The translations under genes and the position numbers were made by a program. A DNA stretch of 56,145 bases from Lobosporangium transversale (lineage: Eukaryota). Under the pieces are notes generated by a model. It was not told the origin of the DNA, made no database searches, and saw only the letters and a list, made by a program, of their open reading frames with translations. The stretch is from assembly GCF_002105155.1 (NCBI RefSeq), contig NW_019029009.1:434001-490145 (forward strand), written 5' to 3'. Positions 13,872-27,904 of this stretch are shown here, piece after piece (positions within the stretch are counted from its first letter, which is position 1; each line of letters begins with the position of its first letter).

Positions 13872-14611
13872 TCAAGCCTTGAGCCGGAACATCTTGCTCA
13901 GTCCGCTCTTCAGTCCACTAGCTCCCGAGCCGTTACCTGAACCCGAGCCGTTGCTTCCTGAACCGCTGCCAAGCGCATGCTTCAGAATCTTTCCTCGCTT
14001 GTATCCATCAATGTATTGGATTTGGTTGCTGTTAAAGCAACCTCGACGACGACGGCGAATAAATTCCACTGTATCCAGGTTTGCCATACCCAATTCAATC
14101 ATGGCAATGGCTACTAAAATAGGCGCACGTCCAAGTCCTGCAACGCAGTGAACAGCAATGGTTGGAGGAGCAGGAGCAGAGGCATCCTCTTCCTCCTCGC
14201 TGGCAGAGGGTGAAGGACTACGACGCCTAATAATGCGGCTGTCTACTAACTGCAACCAGTTCTTGATGATATTAGTTGGAGGCTATCATGAACAAAGAGG
14301 AAAAAATAAAAAATAAAATTAGTTATTGCTGTCAATGAATTATGTAAGCGCAGTCTCCATCTCCATTAAAGTCCCCATTTGTCTCATTTACTGTTTCCAC
14401 CAATCATGTGCGTCGCTGGCTGCAAAGTATTTTCATAAGCGCACAGATCAATGACAGATGTGAGAAACATTGTAGTACGGAGGGAAAATAACAAAGGGTT
14501 CATGATCAATTGTGTCAATTTGAAAAAGTATTCCAAGGCCTGTCATATCTTTTCTAATTCCATACTCCTGGGTACTCTCCATTTTGTTCCTGATCATAGC
14601 GTTGATGATAA

Positions 14612-14649
<38 letters not shown>

Positions 14650-15250
14650 TGCCCACCCCTATCCTCCTGGCTTGCGCTTATGCTATAATATTCTCTCCAG
14701 TTTTTTCTACTCATTTATCCATGTTAATGAATCCTGTATGTCTTCATTTGCTCATCTCTTTAATTGCTAATTATTCTGCATCCTTATCCGATAAGGTCAC
14801 AAGCGCTTGATTTTTTTTTCTTTTCTTCTCACTTTTGTAATATGATCATGTCGTTATTAACATAACACTTACCACAGCTCCATCACGGAAAGGCCAGTCA
14901 TGGACAGTGATGCCCTCGTTCTGAAGTGTCTCTGCACGGTATGTAGGCTCGCAGCAGCGGACAACGTCAGTAACGTTGTTGCGCTTCAGCTCGCTCAAGT
15001 AGAAGGGAAGGGTTGAGTCGGTAGGGCAATCGAGGATCAAAAAACGAATGCCCCTAGTCATCGGAGGTTCGATCAGTGTCAGCTGTCTGCCTAAAGGGGC
15101 CAAACCTGGACTGCGGGGGGGTGTAGGCAATCGCTGGAGTCGGGCGGCTGTAGAAGGGTTGATAGCCATCGATGATGAGGATGAGTCTGTTGAAACAGAG
15201 CGGAACATGCTGACGGGAGCGTGCTGAGCGTTGGCAGAGATAGTGCTCAT
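13872..15250 (-). CDS. PTP4A: PRL/PTP4A-type protein tyrosine phosphatase; exons 15250-14873, 14282-13872; ~262 aa
   Basis: RFLILDCPT, VVRCCEPTY, WPFRDGAV|PP, P-loop VHCVAGLGRAP and IRRRRRGCFNSNQ motifs. Confidence 0.9.
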
Positions 15251-16841
15251 TTTATCTGTCTGTTTTCTATGAATGTCTGTCGCTGCTGTTTGTTGTGTGG
15301 GTGTAATAAAGTGAAGAGTGTCCGATAGGATAAATGAAAAAATTAAAAATAAAAAAAAACTATATTATATTTTATGTGGTCCAAAAAAAGTAAATGAGCT
15401 TTGGATGTTAGCATTGCTGCAAAGTATTAATTGTGAAGGCTCAAGTATTGAGGATGAAGTAATGACTAAACAAGTGGTTTTGCAGAATAGTCTTCATTAT
15501 ATATCGAGAAGATTTTGTAGTAAGGATGATGGGGTGTAGAATGTGGAGATAAAGCGGTGTTCCAATTCATTCTCTAGATGTTTCTACAAATCAATCTCGT
15601 CATTCGAACTTGCCTTATAGTGAAACCCAGAAATATTATTCTGTGTCAAGAAAAAAAAAAAAGGGAAAAAAAAATTCAACGATAAAAAAAAAGTGGAATA
15701 AAAGGGAAAAAGGGAACGTGAAAGAATGTTCAAGTGCTCAAATTAGGGATCATCCAAGCAAGAAGTCGAGTAGAATTCAGTTAGGAAAATGACGAGGAAG
15801 TTGACGTGGTTTCCGGCAGCTGCTCGTCGAGAAGTGGAGAGGTGTGTATTAAAACTACTACTAGAAGGATCAGATTTTTTCATTGGATATCAAGGGAGGC
15901 ATATACTCGCACAAAGGCGCAAGGGTATTTTTTTATGTGGATTGAAAGGAAAAAAAAGTGAGTAGGTTGATCAAGAATTAGGGCTGAATCGATCCTATTC
16001 AACTGGTAAATGTGTGATGGAGGTGATGGAATCAGGTCTGGTAGGGATGAAAATGTGGCAAGGTGAAAAAAGGAGAACAGAGAGAACAGAGAATAGAAGT
16101 TTTAAAAAGCGCAACAAATTACAAATTTCATTGGAAGATATTTGGGAAAGACCATTAATTCAAGGGTAAAAATGCAAAAGTCATGCGCCGAATTTTTTTC
16201 TTTTTGTCTTTTTTGGCATGATTGTGGCCACTCTGAATAAAGTATGTACGTTGAGTATGGTTATCATCTGGTATCCCTTAACAGGTCATTTTACTGAAAA
16301 CTGATGTATCTTCGTTAGAAGAGCTGACATTTCGAATACAATACCAATCTGTGAACTGGCTTCTTCAGAAGTTTGCCAAAACGAAAACAAAAACATTGGC
16401 AACATTTCTTTTCTAATCAGTATTCAGAGCCTTTGATTACTTGTGTGGCCAATCAGCTTACTCGCCCTTAAATTTCTGAAATATTACAAGAAAAAAATTT
16501 TAAGCTTTCTTGTAAAAAGCGGGGGGAGTAACTTTTTCCTCAGCGCCTCCATTGACTGGTGGCTTTGTATTTCCGAGGAGCTGTCGATCAATAACATTGC
16601 GTAAATAATTGTATTTAGTCACAGGGTAGATACATGGCCGCAGCAGACTACGAGTAGAACCATCCATGCCTCATGTCTCTATTAACAATAATCACTCTTC
16701 GGATAAGATCAATCTTACTCTTATAATTTTTACAACACTGTGTTTTTATATTTATTTACTATGAGGTGAGTTAAGAATGGTTATATGGACAAAAAAGTTG
16801 CAAAGAGGTAAAAAAAAAAAAAGCAATAAACAATAGGATAT

Positions 16842-18917
16842 TTAAGCCTTGGACTGAAGAGCCTTAAGCTTGGCTTCAACACGAGCACCCCACTCCTTAT
16901 CGGCACGCTTAATATGTTGAACTTGGCGTTCCTGAAGGAAGGGCTTGGCATTCTTCAAGTGACCGGCCATGTTGTCAACCAAGTCAGACTTCTCCTCGGC
17001 GCTCAAAAGACGGTACAAGTCACCAGGCTGGACAAAGTCCTCATCTGAGAGCTGGATATAATGGCGGGCAGCAATAGCGTTAACCTCGAAGCTAGAGTAG
17101 GTGTTTGCGACACCGCTCTGCTTGGCACCTCCGAAGGAGTTGGGCTCATAGTTGGGGGCAGCGCCACCGTTGCCGTTGACGGCCATGAAGCCATCACGCT
17201 GCTGGTTGTTAATGCGAGCATTGTAAGCAACGTTAATGGGGATCTGCTGGTAGTTGGTGCCGAGACGGTGGCGATGGGTATCGGGGTAAGAGAAGAGACG
17301 ACCCTGCAACATACGGTCGGTCGAGGCCTCAATACCGGGAACCATGTGCGAGGGCGAGAAGGCAGCTTGCTCAACCTCGGCAAAGTAATTGTCGGGGTTG
17401 CGGTTGAGAACCATCTTTCCAACGGGGATCAAGGGATAATCCTTCTGAGACCAGACCTTGGTGACATCGAAGGGGTTCCAGCGGTAAGTGGCAGCCTCCT
17501 TCACAGTCATGACCTGGATATGAACAGTCCATGAAGGGAAGTCACCCTTGGCAATGGCGTTGAAGAGATCGGCAGTGGCATAGTCAGGGGCCTCAGAGGC
17601 AAGCTTGGCAGCCTCAGAGGCCTTGAGGTTCTTGATACCCTGGTCGCACTTGAAGTGCCACTTGACAAAGTGAGCCTCACCAGCCTCGTTAACAAGCTTC
17701 AAGGTGTGAGAAGAGAAGCCGTGCATGTGGCGGTAGCCATCAGGGGTACCGCGGTTGGAGAAGAGAATGGTGACCTGGTGAAGAGTCTCGGGGACGAGTG
17801 AGATGAAGTCCCAGAAGGCATCAGGATCTCCGCAGTTAGTCTGGGGGTTACGCTTCTGGGTGTGGATGAAATCAGGGAACTTGATGGGGTCACGACTATT
17901 GTAAAAGAGATCCATGAACCATGTATACTTTAGTCAGTACAAAACTTATTTTTTTGTGTTTGGAAATATTCCGTGGTGACATGTGATTTGTTTTTGTCTG
18001 CTGTTGGGTGGTGTGGCAACGATTTTTTTTCAGTCCTGAAATTGCAGCTCTTCTTCCCGATTCGGTCGCCTACAAAATTTTTGTTTGTATCTTTAGCAGA
18101 CCACAGCTATTTTGGATTGACATGTCACATGGCTACTTACATGAAGAAGACGGGGGTGTTGTTTCCGACCATATCCCAGTTACCCTCCTCGGTATAGAAC
18201 TTGACGGCGAAACCACGAGGGTCACGAGCCGTATCAGCAGAACCCTTCTCACCTCCGACAGTAGAGAAGCGAGTGAAGAGAGGGGTGCGCTTGCCGATGC
18301 GGTTCAAGAACTTGGCCTTGGTATACTTGGTGATGTCGTGAGTAACCTCGAAGTAACCATGGGCACCAGCACCCTTGGCGTGGACAACACGCTCGGGAAT
18401 ACGCTCACGGTCAAAGTGGGACAACTTGTCAATAAGAGCGAAATCCTGGAGAAGACTTTAAAACAGATCATGGTTTCAATAGAAAGAATAGAATTTGTGT
18501 TAGAATTTCATACAGAACCATTCATATTTCATTTCAGGGATCAGAAGTGAGGAATGTTTCATGTCTTTTTTTTTATGTACACTGAACCAAACAAGACAGT
18601 GTAAAGAGACAGTGCAAAGATTTTTGAAGATGCATAACCCATTTCACAGCCTGTGGGACAATGAGTTGCACATTTCAAGCACATGGTGCCTCAATTGTTC
18701 TCCGCAGTGCTTCCGGAACAAAACCCCAAATTTCTCTACAACAACATTTTCGCTGTCCAGAAGACACGGTAAAATCCCTGGAGTGAATGGGATAACTGCA
18801 ATGAAGGAAAGGTGGAGAGGTGTGAAGTACTTACATTGGGCCGAATTGACCAGCAGTGATGGAGTTCTGGTTGTCCTCAACGGGGTTGCCGTTGGATGTA
18901 GTAAGGATAGAAGACAT
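16842..18917 (-). CDS. Monofunctional small-subunit heme catalase; exons 18917-18835, 18455-18141, 17895-16842; ~483 aa
   Basis: [40 protein letters not shown] and [14 protein letters not shown] motifs. Strong C-ending codon bias. Ends in SKA. Confidence 0.97.
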
Positions 18918-19579
18918 GATGATTCGTGAGTGTATGTATGAGGGTGTGGGTGAATGAACAAGAAGAAAAAAGAAGAAAAGAAGAAAAGAAAGAGAAACCG
19001 AAGCTCGGTGTCTTCCTTTAATAAAGTGTGCCTGTCCTTGTCTCGTTGTCGTACAGTTTTCCGAAGACGAACTAGTTTTATTTTTTTCCTTTTTCCAGCA
19101 GAGGTTTCTGGTTTGTTCTCCGTGGATTAAGCGAGAGAGCGATGCTTTTCTAAACTTTAAAAATGAACCGGAACAAGTCAATTTGCTCCGAGTGCCCACT
19201 CGTTGAATTTTTTCTCTCACTGCTCCGGTTCGACAACTGTACACCCAGATATTTTTCTGATCGGTCTCCATCCTCCGCATTTTGCGGGCAAAAATACATT
19301 TCTGCTCAAGACAAAAAGGAAATTCTGACATGTGACTTTATACGTGATTAAAGTGGGGCAGGATTCCAAACTATACCATATAGCGCAACTGGCTGTTTTT
19401 TTCCATTCTTGGATCCCCTGTAGCCTAGTTGGTGCGTGCACTAATGTAGACTAACAATCTCTGTTTCTTATGTATATACCTTATATTCATGCGCAGCAGG
19501 GACATGGCATCTTTTAAGTACTTCTGACCTTTCTTTGGTTAGATGCCAAGCCTGAAGCACCAACGTACTGACAAAACTC

Positions 19580-20175
19580 CGCCAGCCAACGACCCAATAG
19601 CCAACGATCCGATAACCAAGGGACTTTGCCTAGTTCATGCTTTCATGGCGATAAGCACGGAATACCGATTAGGGTCTCAGGAGACTCGCCTTAACAATGA
19701 GAGGCTTCAGAAAGATGGAGTGCTTGCTAGAAAGCCCGATCCTTATTCTTGAATGACCCAAGTCCTATAGCAAGGCTATATACAAATTATCTAAGACTTA
19801 TTCCCATCTACTACATCTATCACATGTAGTAGGACCTTGAGACCAATGTCAACAATTCCCTTTTGAGTCTCTTTTAGATTTTTGATCTTGAGGTGCCAGA
19901 TATTGCCATAAATGTTTGCCAGATAACGCACCATGCTCTCAAGATCCCTTGGTGGCTTGTTAGCTTGAATCTGGTTCTTCTCCATGCTTTACACAATGAA
20001 CGAGGGAAATGCGTACACACATAAGCTTTCTTCTAATCACTATTGAACGTCTCTCGTCCGACTCTTTCATATCCATCCTTGTAACCATGATAAGGTTGAT
20101 CTTCCCAGGTTCAATAGTGTGATACTGCGAGACGAGCATAGCATGTAAGCAAAAAAGGTCACCTCTAGTTTTCAA
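19580..20175 (-). pseudogene. Fanzor (TnpB-like) remnant 1: RuvC-I-equivalent segment through to just before RuvC-II
   Basis: Across frameshifts: TIEPGKINLIMVTRMD...VRYLANIYGNIWH...QKGIVDIGLKVLL...AIGLGSFKNK.GLSSKHSIFLKPLIVK|AKSLGYRIVG. Colinear with the 50 kb copy, with an intron (19689-19630, GC..AG) at the same K|AKSL site. Confidence 0.75.
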
Positions 20176-23100
20176 TCGATATTACTGTTTGTAAGCCACA
20201 TAAGCCTTCTTCATCTGCTTCGATTTCCGTGCTATTCCAGAGAAAGTAATACCTGATTTTGTTTGTGCCTTCTAGATGACAATCCCTATAGCAGCTTCAC
20301 TTCTACCCCACCTCCCTTTCCGCTACTACGCTTGAGCAGCTTATGCGAGTGCGCGAGGCATATGTGCACTCATGCTCGGGCAGTAAAAGGTTAATTTTGA
20401 TATTATTAGTATTTTCATTCAACTTATGAGTCTTTAAATCCGGCTTACTTTACTGCAAGTCCGATAACGCACAGACGAAGTGCTAATTTTGAAGGGTCTA
20501 ATGAAAGACCATATAGTTACTCATATACTCATATAAATGTTAACGACATCTTATTGATTGTTCATGACGAAAAAAGAAAAGGTACAAAGCTATGACCTTA
20601 ATAGTACAGAACTACAAGTTGTAGCGAGGTCTATCACAACATTCCAGCATAGTTATAATTAATAGGTAAACGAATAACATGTCTGCAGTGAGACTGTTAA
20701 CGTTGCATGCATACATTTCCAATTTTCTATCTGCTGCCGAACTCATGTCAAATTCAGCACACGATCTGATGCTGCAGATTCTGAAATACGATTCCGTGTG
20801 TGTCCAAACATTTTGTTGTAGTGGAGTAGTTGATTGCGGGGGATCATATGAGTAGTGTAGTGTTCCACCCAAATACTCAATGTCATGTGTATTTTTTCTT
20901 TATTAGTATTTTGCAAAACAAAAAAAAAAAAAAAAAAAAAAAAAAAGGCTGCGTATAACGGGTTCTTAATCCCATAGCTCTCAGCCAGCCAGGACATAAT
21001 AAACGTCAAACACTCAACTGGTTCTACACAATCGAACTTTGGACGTTCTTGAGAGCTACCAATCTCAAGATCTGTACTTGTAACGCAGCCTCTCTCCAAT
21101 CTAACCTCGTTTCTCTGTTATGTTCTGTGCAGATGGAAGATGGATATAAATCCAACAGTAAGATTTTTAACTAAATATACAGAAATGCACTATCTGAGTC
21201 AGCTTATTAATGGAAGATTGGGACTAGACAGCCCTGACCGTATATTTTCAGGCTCCAATGTGAAGGAATAAGTAGACAAGTAGACAATAAAATGATTGTT
21301 TTGACTCAGTCATACTAAATGTGTATTCCGACATTGCTCTCTGTTTTATTCTCCTCCATTGATTTGGGCGCTCTCTTTAACAGTCCACTCAAAACGGAAA
21401 GTATATATCATGGTATCCTGCCGTCAGAGAGCGAAGTTCCAACATGAAGCAATAGCCCAAATGCTGTATGACCGTGGGTCCCCGCACTGACAACAAATGA
21501 TCTTGTCCAGAATTATTGAAAAGAGAAAGAAGATCAAGTATATACTTTATAAAAATTTTCCAGAATCACCAAATCTGTAAGGAGCGTCTTTTTTTAAAAT
21601 AAAGTATGCAATGCATGCCATGCCATGCAGTAACAATGATCACTGCATTTACTGCATTATTTTTTGTTTATTTGCGCGGCAAAAATGCTCGGCTCTGGTG
21701 CAGAAAGTGTGCTCTGTCTTCAAACTTTCTTCGTGCTCCGTAAACTGTCAACCAATCCTATCGAAGTGCATTTGATAATTAAGTATTTTTACTCCGCCAT
21801 GAAGGCTAGATCGCCAGATCCCATAAGAAAGCAGCGGTACATAAAGCGGCGTTGACCGCCTGTTTGCCCTTTTTTTTTATGCATATCATTTAGATAGCCA
21901 GGATTATGAAGTGGCAGTAACATTCTTGTGAAAATAATAAACCTCCAACTCTTTTCCTTGTCATACATTACTTTATGGGCTGCAGCCTAATCCATTTCAT
22001 TGGCATATTTCAATATAAACTGATCGTGTCAGGAGTAGAAAGGAAGTGGGTCAGTGCTATGCAAGATTACAATGGAAGTAACACCCAGGTGCCAAGGATG
22101 GCTTCTGAAGGATGGTACAGAATCAAAGCCTTGCAGTCGGAGGGAAAAGGAAAGAGGAGTATCTGCACCTTTGTAGAGTATCGGTGATCTTTTGCTAATT
22201 TAATGAGGAGAAAATGGATCTATTTGTTTGTTGTTTGGTTTCTTCGTGCAATTTAGAATTGATCCAGTCTATTAGTTGGCTCAATTATTGAACAACTGTG
22301 GCAAATTCCAGACAACCGCGTGTTTGACTTGTATCTTACAACGCCCCTTGCTCTTTTTTATTAATACACTAATTCATAGTATAATGGCTCAATGGTTAAT
22401 GGCTAATTGTCAATGATCCATGACCCATAAGCAACAATGGCTCTTAGGCCTGCTTCTTCTTTATTTCCCTTGCTCGCTCTCCGTTTCCTTCCTTCTCACT
22501 TTTTGCACTTTGAGCAAAAATAAAAATAAAAATTAGAGTAGAGCGAATTAACCAAAAATCAAAAAGGGGAATTCGTTGTCACCCCAAAATACTTTTTGTA
22601 CTACCGGAGAAATAGAAAATAGAAAACTCTTTTTTCTGGATCTCATCTGTCTTTCAACGTATTCATCTTTTTATATCAATCTTTAAACGCCTCATTCGTA
22701 TAGGATGAATATCTGCAATTACATCTCTAGTGTTTGAAGATATAATAATTCATTAATCCATCTAATCAAATGTTCGCGCTATATACTTGATATCACTATG
22801 AATAACCACATTCGACCACCATCAGTACCAAGCGGCAGGACCGCTTTTCCCAACAATTTAGGGATTCACCATATTGCCAAATTAGCGCCACTAGTCAACA
22901 CGAGAGCCTCTCAAGTTAAAGTCCACATTTGACCACATTACTCTTGACCTTGGTCAACTCTTCGTGTTGTTGATTTATTTCGTTAACATATACTATTGAT
23001 GAAATTAACCCCAAAGTAAGCAATAGTAATATATATATATCAACAATAATCACTATTGAAACAATGCTCTCACTGATGGACATGAGCTTGTTGACTGCAG

Positions 23101-23531
23101 CTTTAGATCGCCTGAACTTAGTCAATCTGCAATGGCAGCTAAAGCAAATCCAGAATTAGCATCTCGAGGAGAGGAGTACATTATTGCAGATACAGATGTA
23201 GATATCCTTGTTATTAAGACATCTGAGCCCTCCTATTCAAAATCAAGAAAGTTTGTGGGTTGCTCTCATAGTCAAATATTTTATGGACAGGGTCCTTTTA
23301 AACGGCCAGGTCAGGAGCAAGTTTGGGATAAAAACCACCAACCACATCGACAAAGCGGTTCTGAGAAATTGGACTTCGGCAACCCGCAGAGTTCCAGCCA
23401 CGAGGATCAAGCCATCTTAAACCATTCTTTGTGTGATCTCGAGCAAATCCTTTCTTCGTCTTCTTTGTCTTTGTCTTTTTCTCAACAAGAAGAACCCCTC
23501 CCCCTTTACCCCTCAAACCTTTACTCTTACC

Positions 23532-26500
23532 ATGTCGTCTAATGATACAACGACAATGATGACCCCCACCCTCACCGACAACAATAACAGGCGCTTGAGC
23601 CGCTTGGCCATGTCATCCTCACCATCCTTGCTATTGTCATCAGAATCTACCTGTCACCCTATTTCCTCCCCAACGCCCTCCTACCTCTTTTCCGCTTCCA
23701 CATCTTGCCTGGTATCATCAGCGAACATGTGTTCTGCTTCCGCCTCTCCTGCTTCTCCTTCCCATTCCCACCAAATATATAGAACAATCAGTCCTGCGCC
23801 TACGCCCCTTGGATTAACTGCAGCACTCTCTTCGAACGATACACAAACGACCACGAGGTGTAGTCAAAGAAGCAGTGACCGCGATAATATTAATATTGCT
23901 GAAACCTCGTGCTCATCAGCTCTAGGTGTTGATGTTAGTGATAATGTGAATCATACCTACAGCTGTAACCTCGTGCTTCAATCGGCTGTCAGTCTCCCTC
24001 TCCCTTCAGCTCTCTGCACGACTGAGAAGCCCTCACAGCAGGATGAGCATCAAGTCATAAGGGCACGGGTCAACTCATCAACGGCCTCGCTTGTCTCACT
24101 TTCCCTTTCATCCCAGGGTTTGCGGCATATTTCTCCCGGACTAAGTTCACTGCAACAACAACAATTCTTTCAGCACCTTGCCCAGCAACAGCAGGAAGAA
24201 CAGCCATTGCAACACCACCAAGGCGATTCTTCTCAGTCACAAGGGACCACACTCTCCATCTCAACCTTCAAAAGCTCCTTGCAAACAGACGAGGAGTTCT
24301 CTCCCTCTTCACTCTCTTCTTCCTCCTCTTCCTCCTCCTCCTCCTCACACTATTACTCTTCTTCTGATGAAGAACCATCCTCTCCAGTTTTCAATCCCTA
24401 CAATTCAAAAGCATTTTATCTCTTCCATCAAAATAACCAGATTAATTCTGAGAGCATGGTCAACTTGACCGCATCCTCTATGCACATTGCTTCTCCGTCC
24501 GAGTCTTGTTCTGATTTCTCATCCGCATTCCACTCTCCTTCCGCATCTACTATTTGGACATCACCTTCTTGCAACATGAGAGGACCCTCCATTTCCTTAT
24601 CACAACAAATCGCTTCAATTTCAGAGGAGCACATTGGCAGTCAAAGCCAAAATAAGGGTAAAGGGATCGCCAGAGCCTATCATCGTTATAATCAACGACG
24701 TATTGACAAAGCAAGTTTTGACGTACTACCAAGAGAGATCAGGATCCATATCTTCCGCTACCTTTCAACATTCCAACTAATCCGAGTCTCAAGGGTAAAA
24801 AAAAAACTCTATGCACCGATGAAAATTTTTTGATTTTTTGATTTTTTTTTTTCGTTTTGTCATTATTATTGCTTCTGATCCTCTCCTAATGTTACCATTG
24901 CACTGACATGAAAGACCTCTAATAAACATGATCATTTACACGTCATTCTAGGTCAGTCGGGCATGGAGGGGTATTGCTATGGACGGGTCTCTTTGGAAGA
25001 CAATTGATGTAACAAGATATTACAAAAGTATCAAGGATAATCAGCTCCGCGCATTGGGATCTGCCGCATCCAACTTTTTGCGCTGTGCAAACTTCCGGTA
25101 TGTCTTTTTATTTTTTTGACTGCGACTTTCAAGTGGCGAAATCTTCATGCCCATTCCCCCCTTCCCCCCCCCCCTAAAATGAGTCTTGATCACAAAGAAC
25201 TAACGCAAGTATTCAAAATTCAAAATTCGTTAGTGGATGCGTACAGCTCTCTGATAAATCTTTGACCACCATTGCAGAGCGCTGCCCCAATATTGAGCGT
25301 CTTAATCTCACGGGGTGTCGTCTTATCACCTCCAAGGCCATTGCAGATGCTTGTACGAACTTGCCCCTCCTCGTTCATCTCGATCTCGCAGGCCTCCAGT
25401 CTGTCAATAACTTCACTCTCCAGACCTTGGCGGTCTACTGTCGCTCACTCCAGATTCTAAACTTGGCGTGGTGCAAACAGATCTCTGGGAGTGGACTGAT
25501 CAAGCTGACTAGAAGCTGTCAAGAGCTACAAAAGCTCAATGTTTCAGGATGCCCTGGATTGGAGGATCGATATATGCCCGTTATTGGTATGAACATGCCT
25601 AAAATGAAGGAACTCTGTCTGAATGGATGCACCTCGTTAACAGATCGTGGCCTGATCGGCTTGCTCTCCGGGCTATCAGTGACTTCGAGCAAGAAGCATC
25701 GCAAATGGAGGATGAGGAAACGGATGGCTTCGTCTGTGAGAGTGTCAAGTTTGGGACACCTACTTATCAACCAAAGTTCATGTAACGATGATGACAGCGA
25801 GGATGAGGAGGGTGATGATATTGAGAAGGAAGGAGACTCTGATAAGGAAAGCGATATCGATGGTAATGAGGATGAAAATGATGAAGGCGACTCGGGAGAG
25901 GATGCGACTGAGGTTGGCAGCAATAATGCCAATGCTATTCCAATCCAACCACTTTCTTCCTCTTCAAAAAATAATTCCTCACAGGCAGGTCCTGAGGGAC
26001 TACAGGCCCGACTTGTTTACCTTGGTCTGTCTCAGTGCCGTCTCCTTACACAAGAAGCTCTCCGGGCCATCGGCCATCTCTGCAGCCGTCATTTGCGTCG
26101 TCTCGAGATCTCAAGTTGTGAGAACTTCAACGATGAAGGACTCATCTATCTCGCGCAGCGCTGCACTCACCTCCGGTCTCTCGACCTTGAAGATGTAACT
26201 CTCTTGACTGATGCTTCACTGCGTGCATTTGCATTGAACTTGCCCAGGCTTGAACGGATTTGTCTTTCTTATTGCGAGAATGTGACAGACCAAGGAGTCA
26301 TGCATCTGTTACGACCAGCATCTAATCCTACTACGCTGTCTACAGCAACTGCCATGATGATGAATATTGAGAGTCCATCCCCTTACTGTCCCAAGTTGAC
26401 TCATATCGAGCTCGATAACTGTTTATTGATCACCGACAGACTGCTACTCGAGTTTGCAAACGTCTTGGAAGAGCGTGCAGTAGCAGCTCTAGAAAGGCGT

Positions 26501-27406
26501 AAAGAAAGGGAGAAGAAGCGTGAGGAACGAGGAGCGAGAATCCAACAAAGGAAGCGAAAGCCAATGTCGCCTCGACAAACACAGCAGGAGAAAGATATGG
26601 ATGAAGTTAATCAACAGACAAAGACTGGACTGGAGCCAGATCAAAATACACTACAGCTTGCTGGACCAAGCAGTACTGTAGCTGCAGATCAGGCTAGTTC
26701 TTCGTCACCTGTCAATATTCCTAGTCATTTCCAACAATCCTCAGCATTTGCTGCCGGTTCGCCATCATCCTACTCCTCATCCCCACTGCAACCTCGCAGT
26801 GTTCTGGCTTCAACATCGTTGTCTGATGAGATAGTCGTCAAAAAGACACGACCAGGTACTCGTATCATGGCTCCAACACGTTCGTTTTCCGATCTATCCA
26901 CATCCTCAACTGCGTCTCTGCCTCTCACATGGCCTGCGGAGGGCCTAACGCTCCGGAATGCTAATGGGAATAACAACAAGAAAGGAGGAGTAGCCCGAGC
27001 AAGAAGGCCTATTCGACCTACGATGCAAGTTTTTGATTGCCGAAACATCACTCTCGAGGGAGTTGAAGCTGCAAAGACTCGGTCACCCTCACTTTTGATC
27101 CGAAGCTACTACTCATGGACCCATCCCTCCGCTTCCGGACCTGCTGAATCTTCGGCATTTGCGGGTAACAGCAGCAGTGGCTCTGGCGGCATGAGTTTTT
27201 TTGATGGAGAGGGAGAAGGTAACGCAGATGATGAGGATGCGGATGGTGGAGCAAGCAACGGAGACAGTTCGAATACGAGTTTACATCATCTGCAACACAT
27301 GCAGCAGCAAATACAGAGCAGGCGAAGCTCAATGTTGCAGCGTGCACGGTCCGGTCTTTCACGTCCAGTTAGTGCACGAGAACCAGCACAGTGCTGTGTA
27401 ATGTAA
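23532..27406 (+). CDS. F-box/leucine-rich-repeat protein (FBXL2/FBXL20-like) with C-terminal CaaX; exons 23532-24794, 24952-25097, 25234-27406; ~1193 aa
   Basis: F-box LPREIRIHIFRYLS..QLIRVSR|VSRAWRGIAMDGSLW; many cysteine-type LRRs; ends QCCVM*. Introns restore the frame. Confidence 0.88.
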
Positions 27407-27904
27407 AAAAAAATTTTGGTCTTGAAAATAAATAAAATCATTTCGTGCAAACATAATGATGATCATATCCTTCGTCTGTACTTTTCTCGAGGAAAAAAAA
27501 AGCGTCTGGGAAGCTAGCTGTTCTCCTCTCTACCCTCTCCCAGCGTGAACGACCAAAAATCATCATGGTCATCAAATTCACTAAAGAAAAGAATGACGAC
27601 GAGTTTAAACTATCACGTAATCCCCATCAACGCCTTTTGGCGCATGTGTCTTTAAGCGTTTTAAAGTTATCAAATGAAAAAGCAGGGTTTATTTTTATTT
27701 CATTTCACTCGAACTCCTTTCTATAGCCTATGAATGTTAATTAGCACTTCAAATTAGCAACAATAATATTTTCTTACCTTGGGACAGGAAGGGATGAGGT
27801 GAACAAAGCTATTAAGGAAGAGATATGTATACAGCAAGTGTTAAAAAAAACAGAAGAAAGATTTTTTTCCTTTTTTTTTTTTTCAATTTATACGGATCAA
27901 GAGG

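Noticed and set aside
16830..16853. Catalase stop read-through to a cryptic PTS1
   Set aside because: The stop is TAA without the TGA-CTA context. The terminal SKA is at most a weak PTS1 variant.
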